This document shows, piece after piece, positions 54,149 to 62,199 of a DNA stretch of 63,541 bases (position 1 is its first letter; each line of letters opens with the position of its first letter). The stretch comes from a virus. A program made the translations under genes and the position numbers. The DNA is taken from positions 1 to 63,541 of the IMG/VR virus record IMGVR_UViG_3300045391_003833; one strand, written 5' to 3'. The notes under the pieces are model-generated. The model searched no databases and was not told where the DNA came from. It saw nothing but the letters and a program-made list of their open reading frames with translations.

Positions 54149-54311
54149 ATGTGGTATATGCAGGAATGCAATCATGGATGATAGTTTCAGGGTTCACATT
54201 CCTGGGGATGATTTTAAGGCAGGCAAGGACCCGTTTCCTGAAGGTAGTTATATTGCATGCAAGGTGTGTAGTGATATTTTAATAGAAGCTGGAGTAGCTA
54301 TAGATGATTAA
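54099..54311 (+). CDS. small Cys-rich protein (70 aa; start uncertain, alternative at 54117)
   Basis: ORF track; CGICRN...CKVC. Confidence 0.4.
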   Translation: MRILCGMRDVELKLPLRCGICRNAIMDDSFRVHIPGDDFKAGKDPFPEGSYIACKVCSDILIEAGVAIDD

Positions 54312-54606
54312 GGATAAAAAAGAATATTGGTCTACCATATCTAAAGAAGATGAGGTGGAATTAGAGCGTGAAATTAGGGTTCTATACTCTGATGGCGTCA
54401 CTGAAGAAGAGCTAAAAGAGTATGAAGTTGAGCAGGCAGAAATTGAAGCCAGAGGTTATCCGGAATGGATGGATGAGGATTTAGCTAAAGTGTGGAATGC
54501 TCGCTGCAATTTAATCAGTATGCAGCTTAGAAGTCCTGATAATGCGCTTCTAAAAGAATCTATAGCTTTATTAACCGAATACATGTTTCCGAAGGGGGAA
54601 GAGTAG
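54304..54606 (+). CDS. acidic protein (100 aa)
   Basis: ORF track; Glu/Asp-rich. Confidence 0.5.
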   Translation: MIKDKKEYWSTISKEDEVELEREIRVLYSDGVTEEELKEYEVEQAEIEARGYPEWMDEDLAKVWNARCNLISMQLRSPDNALLKESIALLTEYMFPKGEE

Positions 54607-54841
54607 ATGACAATGAGTCTCATAGAAAAAGCACGCTACCACGCAGATTTGGCGCACGCTAGCATAAATTACAGACGAAAGTATACTAACGAGCTATACT
54701 TCAGGCACTGCGAGAATGTTGCCTATTTGGTATCGCTAGTAGTGGAGGAGATTTTGGTTTAAGAAGCTTGGCTTTAACGCTTATGTATAGATATAAAAAT
54801 GAATTTGAATGGATGGATGCATCAGAGAGAGGGGGTAAAAT

Positions 54842-55042
54842 ATGAAAATCAAACTAATCGAAGAATCGTTGGAGAGACTTTCAAGCAAAATAAGTTATAT
54901 CGAAAGACGGTTAGACAAATCTTCGGGCTGCAATTGTAAATATTGCAATGGAACAAGATATGTCACATATCCTACGAATGGTGGGTCTGGCGGTGGTCCG
55001 TGCCATCTTTGCACGCCACCCTACATGAGATGGCCATTTTAA
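54842..55042 (+). CDS. small Cys-rich protein (66 aa)
   Basis: SD agagggggtaaaatATG; CNCKYCNG...CHLC. Confidence 0.5.
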   Translation: MKIKLIEESLERLSSKISYIERRLDKSSGCNCKYCNGTRYVTYPTNGGSGGGPCHLCTPPYMRWPF

Positions 55043-55296
55043 TGTCGATTAACCTAGTCGGAGAAGCCCTAGACACAGTCTTCAGCCTATCAGGAAAAAC
55101 TGGTAGATTTCTGAATGCTAAGGGTAAAAAGATATGCTGGCCTATTTGGACTGTGTGTGCTGCGTATTGGTCTCTACGTAATCTACAGATGGAGTTGTAC
55201 TCACAAGCTTTCTTTGCGGGGACATCGGTGTTTCTGAATTTGTACGGGCTATGGAGTTGGAAGAAGAAGGGTTATGACGAGCAAAAAGACAAGTAA
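55042..55296 (+). CDS. PnuC-like single-repeat membrane protein (84 aa)
   Basis: LNAKGKKICWPIWTVCAAYWSLRNLQMELYSQAFFAGTSVFLNLYGLWSW resembles the first repeat of remembered E. coli PnuC (...QLYASLLLQVFFFAANIYGWYAW). TAATG coupling. Confidence 0.4.
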   Translation: MSINLVGEALDTVFSLSGKTGRFLNAKGKKICWPIWTVCAAYWSLRNLQMELYSQAFFAGTSVFLNLYGLWSWKKKGYDEQKDK

Positions 55297-55435
55297 AAGG
55301 CGTGATGAAAAGCCTTGGTGGGAAAAAAGAGTCTGTAGAAAATGCAATAGAAGGCTGGACGATGATGAGTTTGTCCCTTATCCGGTAGTTAAATATGTAA
55401 ATTTGTGTCACAGCTGCTTTAATAACAGATATTAG
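55274..55435 (+). CDS. small basic zinc-ribbon protein (53 aa), below the track cutoff
   Basis: CRKCNRRL...CHSC; fills the gap before 55447. Confidence 0.3.
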   Translation: MTSKKTSKRRDEKPWWEKRVCRKCNRRLDDDEFVPYPVVKYVNLCHSCFNNRY

Positions 55436-55446
55436 GAAGATAGTGT

Positions 55447-55662
55447 ATGACGAAAAAAACTGACGAAGAAATTCTTGCCGACCTAGTAATGGAAAAGCTT
55501 AAGGAAGATGATTTATTTGATTTTGATGGCCATAACTGTCACTACGTAGACCAAGATTGTGGAGGATGGGACGGAGTTAGCAGACGATGCAATTGTGGTA
55601 ATCGACGCGTTACATGGGTGTTGTCAGATGACAAGAGTTATGTTTACGCAGAGGCTTATTAG
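55447..55662 (+). CDS. small Cys-rich protein (71 aa)
   Basis: ORF track; HNCHYVDQDCGGWDGVSRRCNCGN. Confidence 0.5.
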   Translation: MTKKTDEEILADLVMEKLKEDDLFDFDGHNCHYVDQDCGGWDGVSRRCNCGNRRVTWVLSDDKSYVYAEAY

Positions 55663-55676
55663 ATAAAGATATTTTC

Positions 55677-55752
55677 CCTCGTGTAGCTCAGTTGGTAGAG
55701 CAGCTCCTTGTTAAGGAGAAGGTCCGTGGTTCGAGTCCACGCGTGAGGGCCA
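55677..55752 (+). tRNA. tRNA-Asn (anticodon GUU), CCA encoded
   Basis: Manual fold: CCTCGTG/TA/GCTC-AGTTGGTA-GAGC/A/GCTCC-TTGTTAA-GGAGA/AGGTC/CGTGG-TTCGAGT-CCACG/CGTGAGG/G/CCA. Layout matches remembered E. coli tRNA-Asn. Confidence 0.85.
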
Positions 55753-55770
55753 GTTTATAGGGGCTGAATT

Positions 55771-56040
55771 ATGATAGATGAATCTGTGGACTATGAAGGT
55801 AATGATTTTTATATCTGTCTTTGCTTGGTAAAAGAAGGCGATAGATTTGTTTTCTATGGGGATAAAGAAGGAGATGGTCTTGGAACTGACGGAAGTTACG
55901 CAAGCTGTGTTGTGGACCTTAATATGAGCGAATGGTTAAAAATTATAAAGAAAGCTGTGTGTTATATGAATGAAGAAGAGATTGGAGAATTGAAAGAATA
56001 TATTGGATTATTGAGTAGAGCAGAGAAAAGCGATGCCTAA
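55771..56040 (+). CDS. hypothetical protein (89 aa)
   Basis: ORF track. Confidence 0.5.
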   Translation: MIDESVDYEGNDFYICLCLVKEGDRFVFYGDKEGDGLGTDGSYASCVVDLNMSEWLKIIKKAVCYMNEEEIGELKEYIGLLSRAEKSDA

Positions 56041-56200
56041 AAAAAATCCAGTATTCAAGACTTACTATGTACTGAAGTGCAGAAATTGTGACGCTACCCA
56101 TGATGTGTTTGAGGAGTTCCGTTGTCTTGGCAAAGCGGTTATAAAGCCTAAGCCTAAACGCAAGGCTAAGAAGAAAAAGAAATTGACACAACGTATGTAG
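56033..56200 (+). CDS. small basic protein (55 aa) whose 3' end reads through promoter P6
   Basis: ATG overlaps the upstream stop; CRNC motif; Lys-rich tail. Confidence 0.3.
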   Translation: MPKKNPVFKTYYVLKCRNCDATHDVFEEFRCLGKAVIKPKPKRKAKKKKKLTQRM

Positions 56201-56211
56201 GTGTGTATAAT
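56183..56211 (+). promoter_or_regulatory. Phage promoter P6 (TTGACA-17-TATAAT, TGn-extended) with ACGTATGTAGG element
   Basis: TTGACA 56183-56188, spacer caacgtatgtaggtgtg, TATAAT 56206-56211. Confidence 0.75.
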
Positions 56212-56321
56212 GTGTCTGACATAGCATATTTGTGTGTCAACACACTAGATAGCCCTGGTAAGCTGGGGCTGTTTTGTCGTATCCATTATGGGTACGTGGA
56301 TTGAAATAAAGGAGACAGGAA

Positions 56322-56666
56322 ATGAACATTGAGATTAAAGAAGTGAGTGATCAAGACAAAGAAAGAGTGGCTGGAAAGGTAGCTGCTGTGAAGCAATCGC
56401 TTGAAGAGTTGCGTAAGATGTTGGAAGGTCAGCCTAAGTGTGAATCTAATGCAGAATGTTCTGCAAAAGAAGAAATGGTGACCAAAGTGATTTTAGAGGC
56501 GAAGTCCGGAGATGCGATTAAGGTATATCGTAACAAGGACGGAATTGTTTTGGCATGTCTAGATCGCGACGATGATAGAGTAAGGTGCGTATTATCGGAC
56601 GAAGAAGCTAAATCGCTAGGAACTCTATTGCATAACATAGCGAATGAGGATGAGCCTATCCAATGA
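56322..56666 (+). CDS. hypothetical protein (114 aa)
   Basis: SD aaaggagacaggaaATG. Confidence 0.55.
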   Translation: MNIEIKEVSDQDKERVAGKVAAVKQSLEELRKMLEGQPKCESNAECSAKEEMVTKVILEAKSGDAIKVYRNKDGIVLACLDRDDDRVRCVLSDEEAKSLGTLLHNIANEDEPIQ

Positions 56667-56851
56667 TGACGCTTCTATCGAAAATTATCATGGGTTGTAT
56701 AGTAATTATAGTAGTAGTTGCTTTTATGTGCTTTGCGTACATAACAGATACTGAGCTTAAGTACTGGCGTTCCTCTCATCCTGAAGAGCATCAGTGTGCT
56801 AAGCAGAATGGGTTTAAGATTGGAACTGAAGCGTGTTTGGAGTGTTGGTAA
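56663..56851 (+). CDS. small membrane protein (62 aa)
   Basis: ORF track; one TM helix; ATGA coupling. Confidence 0.5.
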   Translation: MMTLLSKIIMGCIVIIVVVAFMCFAYITDTELKYWRSSHPEEHQCAKQNGFKIGTEACLECW

Positions 56852-56871
56852 AAGGGGAGTTAATTAAACAT

Positions 56872-57078
56872 ATGGCAAATATTACGAAGGCGGACTTAGA
56901 AGATAGGTTCAAAGACAATATTGTTGTCTGCATAGATATAAGTGGTTGGCCGCAGATTAAGCGTGAGAGGGATGCGGTGTGGAGTGACGCGCCGTTCTAT
57001 ACAGAAACGGACGAGAAGGGAGATACCTATTACGTATTTACCCAATTTAAGAAGCCGGAGTATGCGGAAGGGTATTGA
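56872..57078 (+). CDS. hypothetical protein (68 aa)
   Basis: ORF track, trimmed to MANITKADL. Confidence 0.45.
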   Translation: MANITKADLEDRFKDNIVVCIDISGWPQIKRERDAVWSDAPFYTETDEKGDTYYVFTQFKKPEYAEGY

Positions 57079-57130
57079 GTAATTGGAGAGTTGATCGAGT
57101 GGTTTATGACACCAGTTCAAGTAGGGTAAT

Positions 57131-57382
57131 ATGGAGCAAGAAATGAAGTTTAAAGTATATAGTCCAGTGCAGAAGGAAGAGGAAAAAGAAATAATCTTGA
57201 AGCTTGTTTCGGAAGAAAGTGGGAGCGTTGAGGTTAGAGTTGTAGACGAGGAAGGGGACTGGGACCAAACATTGTTAAAAATTGATGAAGATGGTGTTTA
57301 TCTGCCTCCTTTAACATGCGAATATCAGGATATTTTTAAATGTGGCAAATATGGAAGATTAAACGTAAAGGAAGTTGGGTAA
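57131..57382 (+). CDS. hypothetical protein (83 aa)
   Basis: ORF track. Confidence 0.5.
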   Translation: MEQEMKFKVYSPVQKEEEKEIILKLVSEESGSVEVRVVDEEGDWDQTLLKIDEDGVYLPPLTCEYQDIFKCGKYGRLNVKEVG

Positions 57383-57484
57383 ATGGGATTCTTTGGATTT
57401 GTTGCCGCAGGGTTTGGGATAATGTTTGGAATTTTCCTGTTTGCATTATTTATTGCATTCCTACGTGATATATTGAATTAAGCT

Positions 57485-57667
57485 ATGACTTCACAAGAAA
57501 TTGCAATGCTAATTGCTCAACATCAGAAGAAGGCAAGCGAGCACGTGGCTAAGACGCTTCAGGAGTCCCGCGCAAGTGTTATCGTAGAAACAGATTGGTT
57601 TTCAATGGAGAATGTGGATAAAGAGTTTAAGATTGAGAAGATTTTGGAGGGAGGGGAAGAGTTATGA
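57485..57667 (+). CDS. hypothetical protein (60 aa)
   Basis: ORF track. Confidence 0.45.
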   Translation: MTSQEIAMLIAQHQKKASEHVAKTLQESRASVIVETDWFSMENVDKEFKIEKILEGGEEL

Positions 57668-57885
57668 CAGATTCTGAGAAGATTGAGCAATTAGAGAAAG
57701 AAGTAAAAAAGCTTAACCATGTTATTGATATTTTGATTAGTTCTAATACAATATGCGAGGCGCCTACCGTAAGTATACAGTTTGGAATTTATAATGTAGT
57801 GGAGAGGTTTTATGAAAAGGATTCGCTAGCTGCGGTACGCAAAAAACTCAGAGAATCGATAGACAGAATAAGCTCGGAGTGGTGA
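57664..57885 (+). CDS. hypothetical protein (73 aa)
   Basis: ORF track; ATGA coupling. Confidence 0.5.
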   Translation: MTDSEKIEQLEKEVKKLNHVIDILISSNTICEAPTVSIQFGIYNVVERFYEKDSLAAVRKKLRESIDRISSEW

Positions 57886-57960
57886 GCATGGAAAGAAAAC
57901 TAGCATCAATCCGTAGAATCAAAGTTATTTCGAATCAGTATTTGTTGCAGGAGAAGTGAG

Positions 57961-58230
57961 GTGCAAGAAGTAAGGAAAATGATAACAGATAATGAAAGGA
58001 TAGAAGTTTCTGTTGATTTTGATAATGAAAATAAATCGCATCACGTTGTATTTTGGATTGGATATCTTAATACATACTGGGATGGTTGGTATGCTAAGTT
58101 AAAGATTGAAGAAGCGGAAAAGCTGAGAGATATGTTGAGTGAAGCGACTAGAGAGTATTGGAATCGTGTTAATCCTCCTCATGGATGGGGTAAGTATGGG
58201 GAAGAAGATGAAAGTCAAAGAACTGATTGA
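57961..58230 (+). CDS. hypothetical protein (89 aa)
   Basis: ORF track; GTG start, alternative ATG at 57979. Confidence 0.5.
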   Translation: MQEVRKMITDNERIEVSVDFDNENKSHHVVFWIGYLNTYWDGWYAKLKIEEAEKLRDMLSEATREYWNRVNPPHGWGKYGEEDESQRTD

Positions 58231-58399
58231 AATACTCTCCAAATATGATGGAGATTTAAAGGTTGTCAATTTAGAGGGTACAGGATGCATTGATTCTGAA
58301 TATACGGATATTGATAAGAATTGGATAGGAAAGATAAAGCTTGATTCAGAAGAAGAAGCTATTGTTCTAAATAGAGAGGTTTTTGAGTATGAAGCATAA
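58208..58399 (+). CDS. MKVKELIE-family small protein, copy 1 (63 aa)
   Basis: Trimmed to MKVKELIEILSKYDGDLKV; family N-terminus is shared by six ORFs. Confidence 0.6.
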   Translation: MKVKELIEILSKYDGDLKVVNLEGTGCIDSEYTDIDKNWIGKIKLDSEEEAIVLNREVFEYEA

Positions 58400-58571
58400 A
58401 GAGACTAAAATTAAGCCCAATAAGTCCATTGAAAAAAAGAGAAAAGAATGGGAAGAAATAATTGTTCATTACTACGACGCATTAAATTACATGATGAGAA
58501 CCTGGGAAGAAAGAGTGAATAATCCAAGAGAATATATCAGAAAGTTAGGAAGAGAAAAGGGGTTGGAATGA
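58383..58571 (+). CDS. hypothetical basic protein (62 aa)
   Basis: ORF track. Confidence 0.45.
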   Translation: MSMKHKETKIKPNKSIEKKRKEWEEIIVHYYDALNYMMRTWEERVNNPREYIRKLGREKGLE

Positions 58572-58789
58572 AAGTCAAAGAACTGATTGAGAAGCTTTCT
58601 AAGTATGATTCACGCTTAGAGGTAGGATTAGTTAACCATGCTGGTTTTAGTAGTGAGATAGAAGATATTGGGCTATATATTGGTGAAAGCAAAGTTTTCG
58701 TCTTGTGTGGGGTTTATCTTCTTTCATCTAAAGGTGTTGGGCCTAATGATTTAACTTTTCCAATGAAGAGGGTGGAAGATGAAGGTTAA
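58568..58789 (+). CDS. MKVKELIE-family small protein, copy 2 (73 aa)
   Basis: MKVKELIEKLSKYDSRLEV; closest to copy 5, sharing a 36-nt identical stretch. Confidence 0.6.
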   Translation: MKVKELIEKLSKYDSRLEVGLVNHAGFSSEIEDIGLYIGESKVFVLCGVYLLSSKGVGPNDLTFPMKRVEDEG

Positions 58790-58994
58790 AGAATTGATTG
58801 AAGAACTATCTAGATATGATGAAAACCTGGTAGTGGTTTTTTATGAGCACAGTATTATTTCTGGATCTCATGTAAGAGATTTTAAAATAACTGATATTCG
58901 AACAGATTCAAGAAAAAAGTGTGAACCGTATGTTATCTTGGACTGGAATGGTGATGTTTTGACTGACGATAAAATTAAAGATGTAGAAGGTTGA
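58779..58994 (+). CDS. MKVKELIE-family small protein, copy 3 (71 aa)
   Basis: MKVKELIEELSRYDENLVV. Confidence 0.6.
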   Translation: MKVKELIEELSRYDENLVVVFYEHSIISGSHVRDFKITDIRTDSRKKCEPYVILDWNGDVLTDDKIKDVEG

Positions 58995-59176
58995 AGATGA
59001 AAGTTAAAGAACTAATTGAAGTGCTAAGCAAATTCGACCCAGAATTAGAGGTTAGGAAAACCTCTCATACTTATGACGGATGGGAAGACCGAGAAGTTAT
59101 TTTAAAGGTAGAGGAAGTAATAGTTAATCGATGCAGAGAAAATTTACCGAACATAAATTTAGTGGTTATTAATTAA
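58991..59176 (+). CDS. MKVKELIE-family small protein, copy 4 (about 60 aa)
   Basis: MKMKVKELIEVLSKFDPELEV. Confidence 0.6.
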   Translation: MKMKVKELIEVLSKFDPELEVRKTSHTYDGWEDREVILKVEEVIVNRCRENLPNINLVVIN

Positions 59177-59187
59177 GGAGCACAAAT

Positions 59188-59748
59188 ATGTCCAAAGTAG
59201 AATCTGATTTATTCCATGATTGGCCAGAAGAGGAGAGTCAGAAGATTATCAAGCATCTTCAATTGGTTATTGCTCTGAAGAAAGAGAATGAGGAGAGAAT
59301 GCAAGAAGCTGCTAAGATTAGAGAAGATGAACTTCAGGCTGAAATTAGCAAGTACATGACAGCGTTACAGCACAGTGAGAATGAGCTTGCTATGACGAGA
59401 GAGATGGCCAGAATGCGTGACGAGAGGATAACTAAACTATTGGAGTCATTAAATAAGTCTGTGGAAATTGTAGGTCATCTGCAAAAAGAACATGAGGAAG
59501 AGCTAAAGAAGCAGATAGATTCTAAGATGCAAGAAATAAATCAACACATGCAGATTAACAAGCATTTGGCAGATGCATATCAGAACCTACAAAGGGACTA
59601 TAATCAGTTGTTACAAACTAACGAGAACTTGGTAACGCAGGTTCAAAGTTATCCTATTGCTTTAAAGAGGCAATACGAAGCAGGGCACGCTAATGGTTAC
59701 GCCAAGGGCGTGAGAGAGGGTCAACCAAATAGGCCGATAGTGGAATAG
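59188..59748 (+). CDS. coiled-coil protein (186 aa)
   Basis: ORF track; SD aaggagcacaaatATG; long charged helices. Confidence 0.55.
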   Translation: MSKVESDLFHDWPEEESQKIIKHLQLVIALKKENEERMQEAAKIREDELQAEISKYMTALQHSENELAMTREMARMRDERITKLLESLNKSVEIVGHLQKEHEEELKKQIDSKMQEINQHMQINKHLADAYQNLQRDYNQLLQTNENLVTQVQSYPIALKRQYEAGHANGYAKGVREGQPNRPIVE

Positions 59749-59756
59749 GTAAGACT

Positions 59757-59954
59757 ATGACCAGAGAGCAGAAGTATATTGAAAGTGAAATACAAGGTCT
59801 TTTTGTTATCAGAATAGAGAACGGTTATGTAGAGATTAGAGATAACAAAGGTAGGTGGCATGCGCCAAAAACTGAATTCTGGGAAGGATACAATAAGCCG
59901 CAATATTTTGTGTTTCCAAGTCTACGGGAGCCAGTCAGTATAAAAAACACTTGA
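59757..59954 (+). CDS. hypothetical protein (65 aa)
   Basis: ORF track; its stop lies inside the TTGACA of P7. Confidence 0.5.
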   Translation: MTREQKYIESEIQGLFVIRIENGYVEIRDNKGRWHAPKTEFWEGYNKPQYFVFPSLREPVSIKNT

Positions 59955-59991
59955 CATCCTCTCCTTACATACATACCTTAGGTATGTATGT
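59951..59991 (+). promoter_or_regulatory. Promoter P7 (TTGACA-17-TACCTT) overlapped by a perfect 11-bp inverted repeat ACATACATACC-TTA-GGTATGTATGT
   Basis: TTGACA 59951-59956. Inverted-repeat arms 59967-59977 and 59981-59991 carry the GTATGTA core on both strands. Confidence 0.55.
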
Positions 59992-60011
59992 TAACCAATA
60001 GGAGAGATAAA

Positions 60012-60449
60012 ATGCCAAAGAAAGCCGAAAGACAAAATAGAGCGCTGTCTTCAACAGAAGTAAGAAGGACAGCTAAAGCAAGTAGTTATGGTGTGAGTCA
60101 AGAAACTGTTACGAGGAATACAGGATTGATTCTAACGGACTACATGATGAAGCAAGCCTTTTCCAGCTTAACCAAGCTGAAAGAGGAAGCAGAGCAGCCT
60201 AAGAAGAGTGAAGAGGAGAAGCGTAAGGAAGAAGCTCAGAAGGCTCTAGATGACGTATTTGAGTTATACAGCAAGAATCATGAAGAGTATTCTAGCTTTG
60301 GGTTTGTGAATGAGGTGAACGGACTAGCGTCTTCCACTGATTCACCATTCTTGAGCCAGTCTTCTTTGCCTGATAGCTCTCCGTCAACGGGGCAGAATAG
60401 TGCTAGAAGTAGTTCTGGGACTGTGTCACCGACGCAAGGTTTAGGGTAG
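60012..60449 (+). CDS. hypothetical protein (145 aa), Ser-rich C-terminus
   Basis: Trimmed to the ATG after SD AGGAGAG. Confidence 0.55.
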   Translation: MPKKAERQNRALSSTEVRRTAKASSYGVSQETVTRNTGLILTDYMMKQAFSSLTKLKEEAEQPKKSEEEKRKEEAQKALDDVFELYSKNHEEYSSFGFVNEVNGLASSTDSPFLSQSSLPDSSPSTGQNSARSSSGTVSPTQGLG

Positions 60450-60485
60450 TGGAGAGATGACAGGGATGTCTTTTAAGGAAATGAT

Positions 60486-60848
60486 ATGAAAGTTAAGAAA
60501 ACAGAAGCTTATAAAGCCCAATGGGCAAACCATATCTTGCCATTGTTTGCAGATTGGGAAGTATTGGAAGATAAATCGGATTTAAGCTTTAGATGTTCTG
60601 GAAAAGTAGATTTATTGGTCAAGTGCGTTGAGGCTGAAAGATATCCTTGGGATAAAAACGAATATGCGCACATACGATGGGATTATGGTAGTTGTATTGG
60701 ATGTGATTCTTTTTATGAGATGACTCATTTAGGAATAATGAAAGACTTACTAGGCAGCGTTTTGTATTTTGAAGATGACGAAGAGCTGGAAGAATGGAAA
60801 AAACGCAGGAGTGAAACAAATGGTGAAGGCGACGAAGAAGATTGTTAA
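60486..60848 (+). CDS. hypothetical protein (120 aa)
   Basis: ORF track. Confidence 0.55.
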   Translation: MKVKKTEAYKAQWANHILPLFADWEVLEDKSDLSFRCSGKVDLLVKCVEAERYPWDKNEYAHIRWDYGSCIGCDSFYEMTHLGIMKDLLGSVLYFEDDEELEEWKKRRSETNGEGDEEDC

Positions 60849-61452
60849 GAAAGCAAAGGTTAGTAAAAAAGGTAAGAAAGTCACTAAGGATGTTCCCCTA
60901 ATACTTCCAAAGGAATGGGGCAACGTTACGCTTAAGAAAGATGTGAAGGTAAAAAAGTTCAATGCAACGCAGGAGTTATTGAGTGTAGATAACTTAGAGA
61001 AATCAGTCAAAGAATGCCTGAAGAATAAAGACTACAAGGGCGTTGTGGAGATGATAGATATTTACAAACAAGCCATATCTAAAGCAGATGTTAAGCTTAA
61101 ACCAGAGTATGAGAAGTCTCCTTTTGTGGATGAGTTATTGCACTACTGCGAAGATAATCCTCCATGTCACATTGTTGATTCTGGAGACGGATGGGCTATT
61201 GTTTGTAAGATAGTTGATTTAGACGTAAGGGTTACTAGAAAAGGAAATAATCCTTTTCAGGATTATTCTAGCGAAAATAACTCGTATCATAAAGTTAAGG
61301 GTGCTTATGGAGTTATGGCTGTTATTAGCTGGGATAAGAATAACCCCTTGTTAAATAACAAGGGTAGTTTCTGGGATTCTTTTCCTGACGTCTATGAAGT
61401 AGAGGCGCCAGGGCAGATTACTTACTGGTTGGATAAGTTGGGGAAGGGATGA
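60820..61452 (+). CDS. protein with Lys-rich H1-like N-terminal tail (210 aa)
   Basis: Trimmed to MVKATKKIVKKAKVSKKGKKVTKD after SD AGGAG. Confidence 0.5.
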   Translation: MVKATKKIVKKAKVSKKGKKVTKDVPLILPKEWGNVTLKKDVKVKKFNATQELLSVDNLEKSVKECLKNKDYKGVVEMIDIYKQAISKADVKLKPEYEKSPFVDELLHYCEDNPPCHIVDSGDGWAIVCKIVDLDVRVTRKGNNPFQDYSSENNSYHKVKGAYGVMAVISWDKNNPLLNNKGSFWDSFPDVYEVEAPGQITYWLDKLGKG

Positions 61453-61453
61453 T

Positions 61454-61633
61454 ATGAATGATAAGGAACTTAAAAAGCTTGTTGAAAAGGTAGATTTAGA
61501 CCAGGCGTTACGTAATATGATTTTGGTTGGTCAGATGATGCATCGCTTTGTGAATGTAGACAAGACTGGAACTGTAGAAGATTTTAACAAGGCTTTAGAG
61601 TTTTGGCTTGCTTTGTCACTTAAGCCAGTTTGA
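61454..61633 (+). CDS. small protein (59 aa), below the track cutoff
   Basis: ATG follows 1 nt after the upstream TGA stop (TGATATG); fills a gap. Confidence 0.4.
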   Translation: MNDKELKKLVEKVDLDQALRNMILVGQMMHRFVNVDKTGTVEDFNKALEFWLALSLKPV

Positions 61634-61651
61634 AGGCAGGAAATATTGAGC

Positions 61652-61945
61652 ATGAATGTTAAAGAACTGATTGAGAAGCTTTCTAAGTATGATTCAGGGT
61701 TAGAGGTAAGAATGGTAAGTTTGGATGGCGTTGATTTCGAAATAGAAGATATGGCTATATATGAAGGTGGTAATGAACTAGAAGAATTGACTGGTGTTTA
61801 TCTGCTTACTTTAGAAGGAGAAGGACCTACTAACTACGTATTCCCGATGATTAGAGTCGATGAGGGTGCTAGAGAGGCCGTTAAGGAACTTACAGAGCTT
61901 TTAGATAAATCTATTAAGAGCTCAGGATTTGAGGAAGTAAGATGA
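61652..61945 (+). CDS. MKVKELIE-family small protein, copy 5 (97 aa)
   Basis: MNVKELIEKLSKYDSGLEV...GVYLLTLEGEGPTNYVFPMIRV parallels copy 2. Confidence 0.6.
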   Translation: MNVKELIEKLSKYDSGLEVRMVSLDGVDFEIEDMAIYEGGNELEELTGVYLLTLEGEGPTNYVFPMIRVDEGAREAVKELTELLDKSIKSSGFEEVR

Positions 61946-62199
61946 AGGTTAGAGAACTGATTGAAGCTCTATCTAAACATCCTGGAGATATAGAGGTTAG
62001 GTTGTCTGAAGAAGATGCTCTTTGCGATAGAGAGGTTACTGGTGTAAAAAGGCTTAACATATACGTAGATGAAAAAGGATATGCAGAACCATGCATTAAA
62101 AGTAAAAGAAATGCAACAGCTGTTTATATAGATGACAGAGAGGATGGAGAAGGTATTCGTAGTTCTTGGAGCAGATGTGAGTATGACGATGAGCCTTAA
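61942..62199 (+). CDS. MKVKELIE-family small protein, copy 6 (85 aa)
   Basis: MKVRELIEALSKHPGDIEV; ATGA coupling. Confidence 0.6.
   Translation: MKVRELIEALSKHPGDIEVRLSEEDALCDREVTGVKRLNIYVDEKGYAEPCIKSKRNATAVYIDDREDGEGIRSSWSRCEYDDEP

Noticed and set aside
54607-54762. 51-codon ORF (MTMSLIEKARYHADLAHASINYRRKYTNELYFRHCENVAYLV...) resembling the first helices of an HD-domain or (p)ppGpp-hydrolase-type protein
   Set aside because: It stops before any HD dyad. The similarity is short and recalled from memory only. It may be a gene remnant or a chance ORF, which is too weak to annotate.
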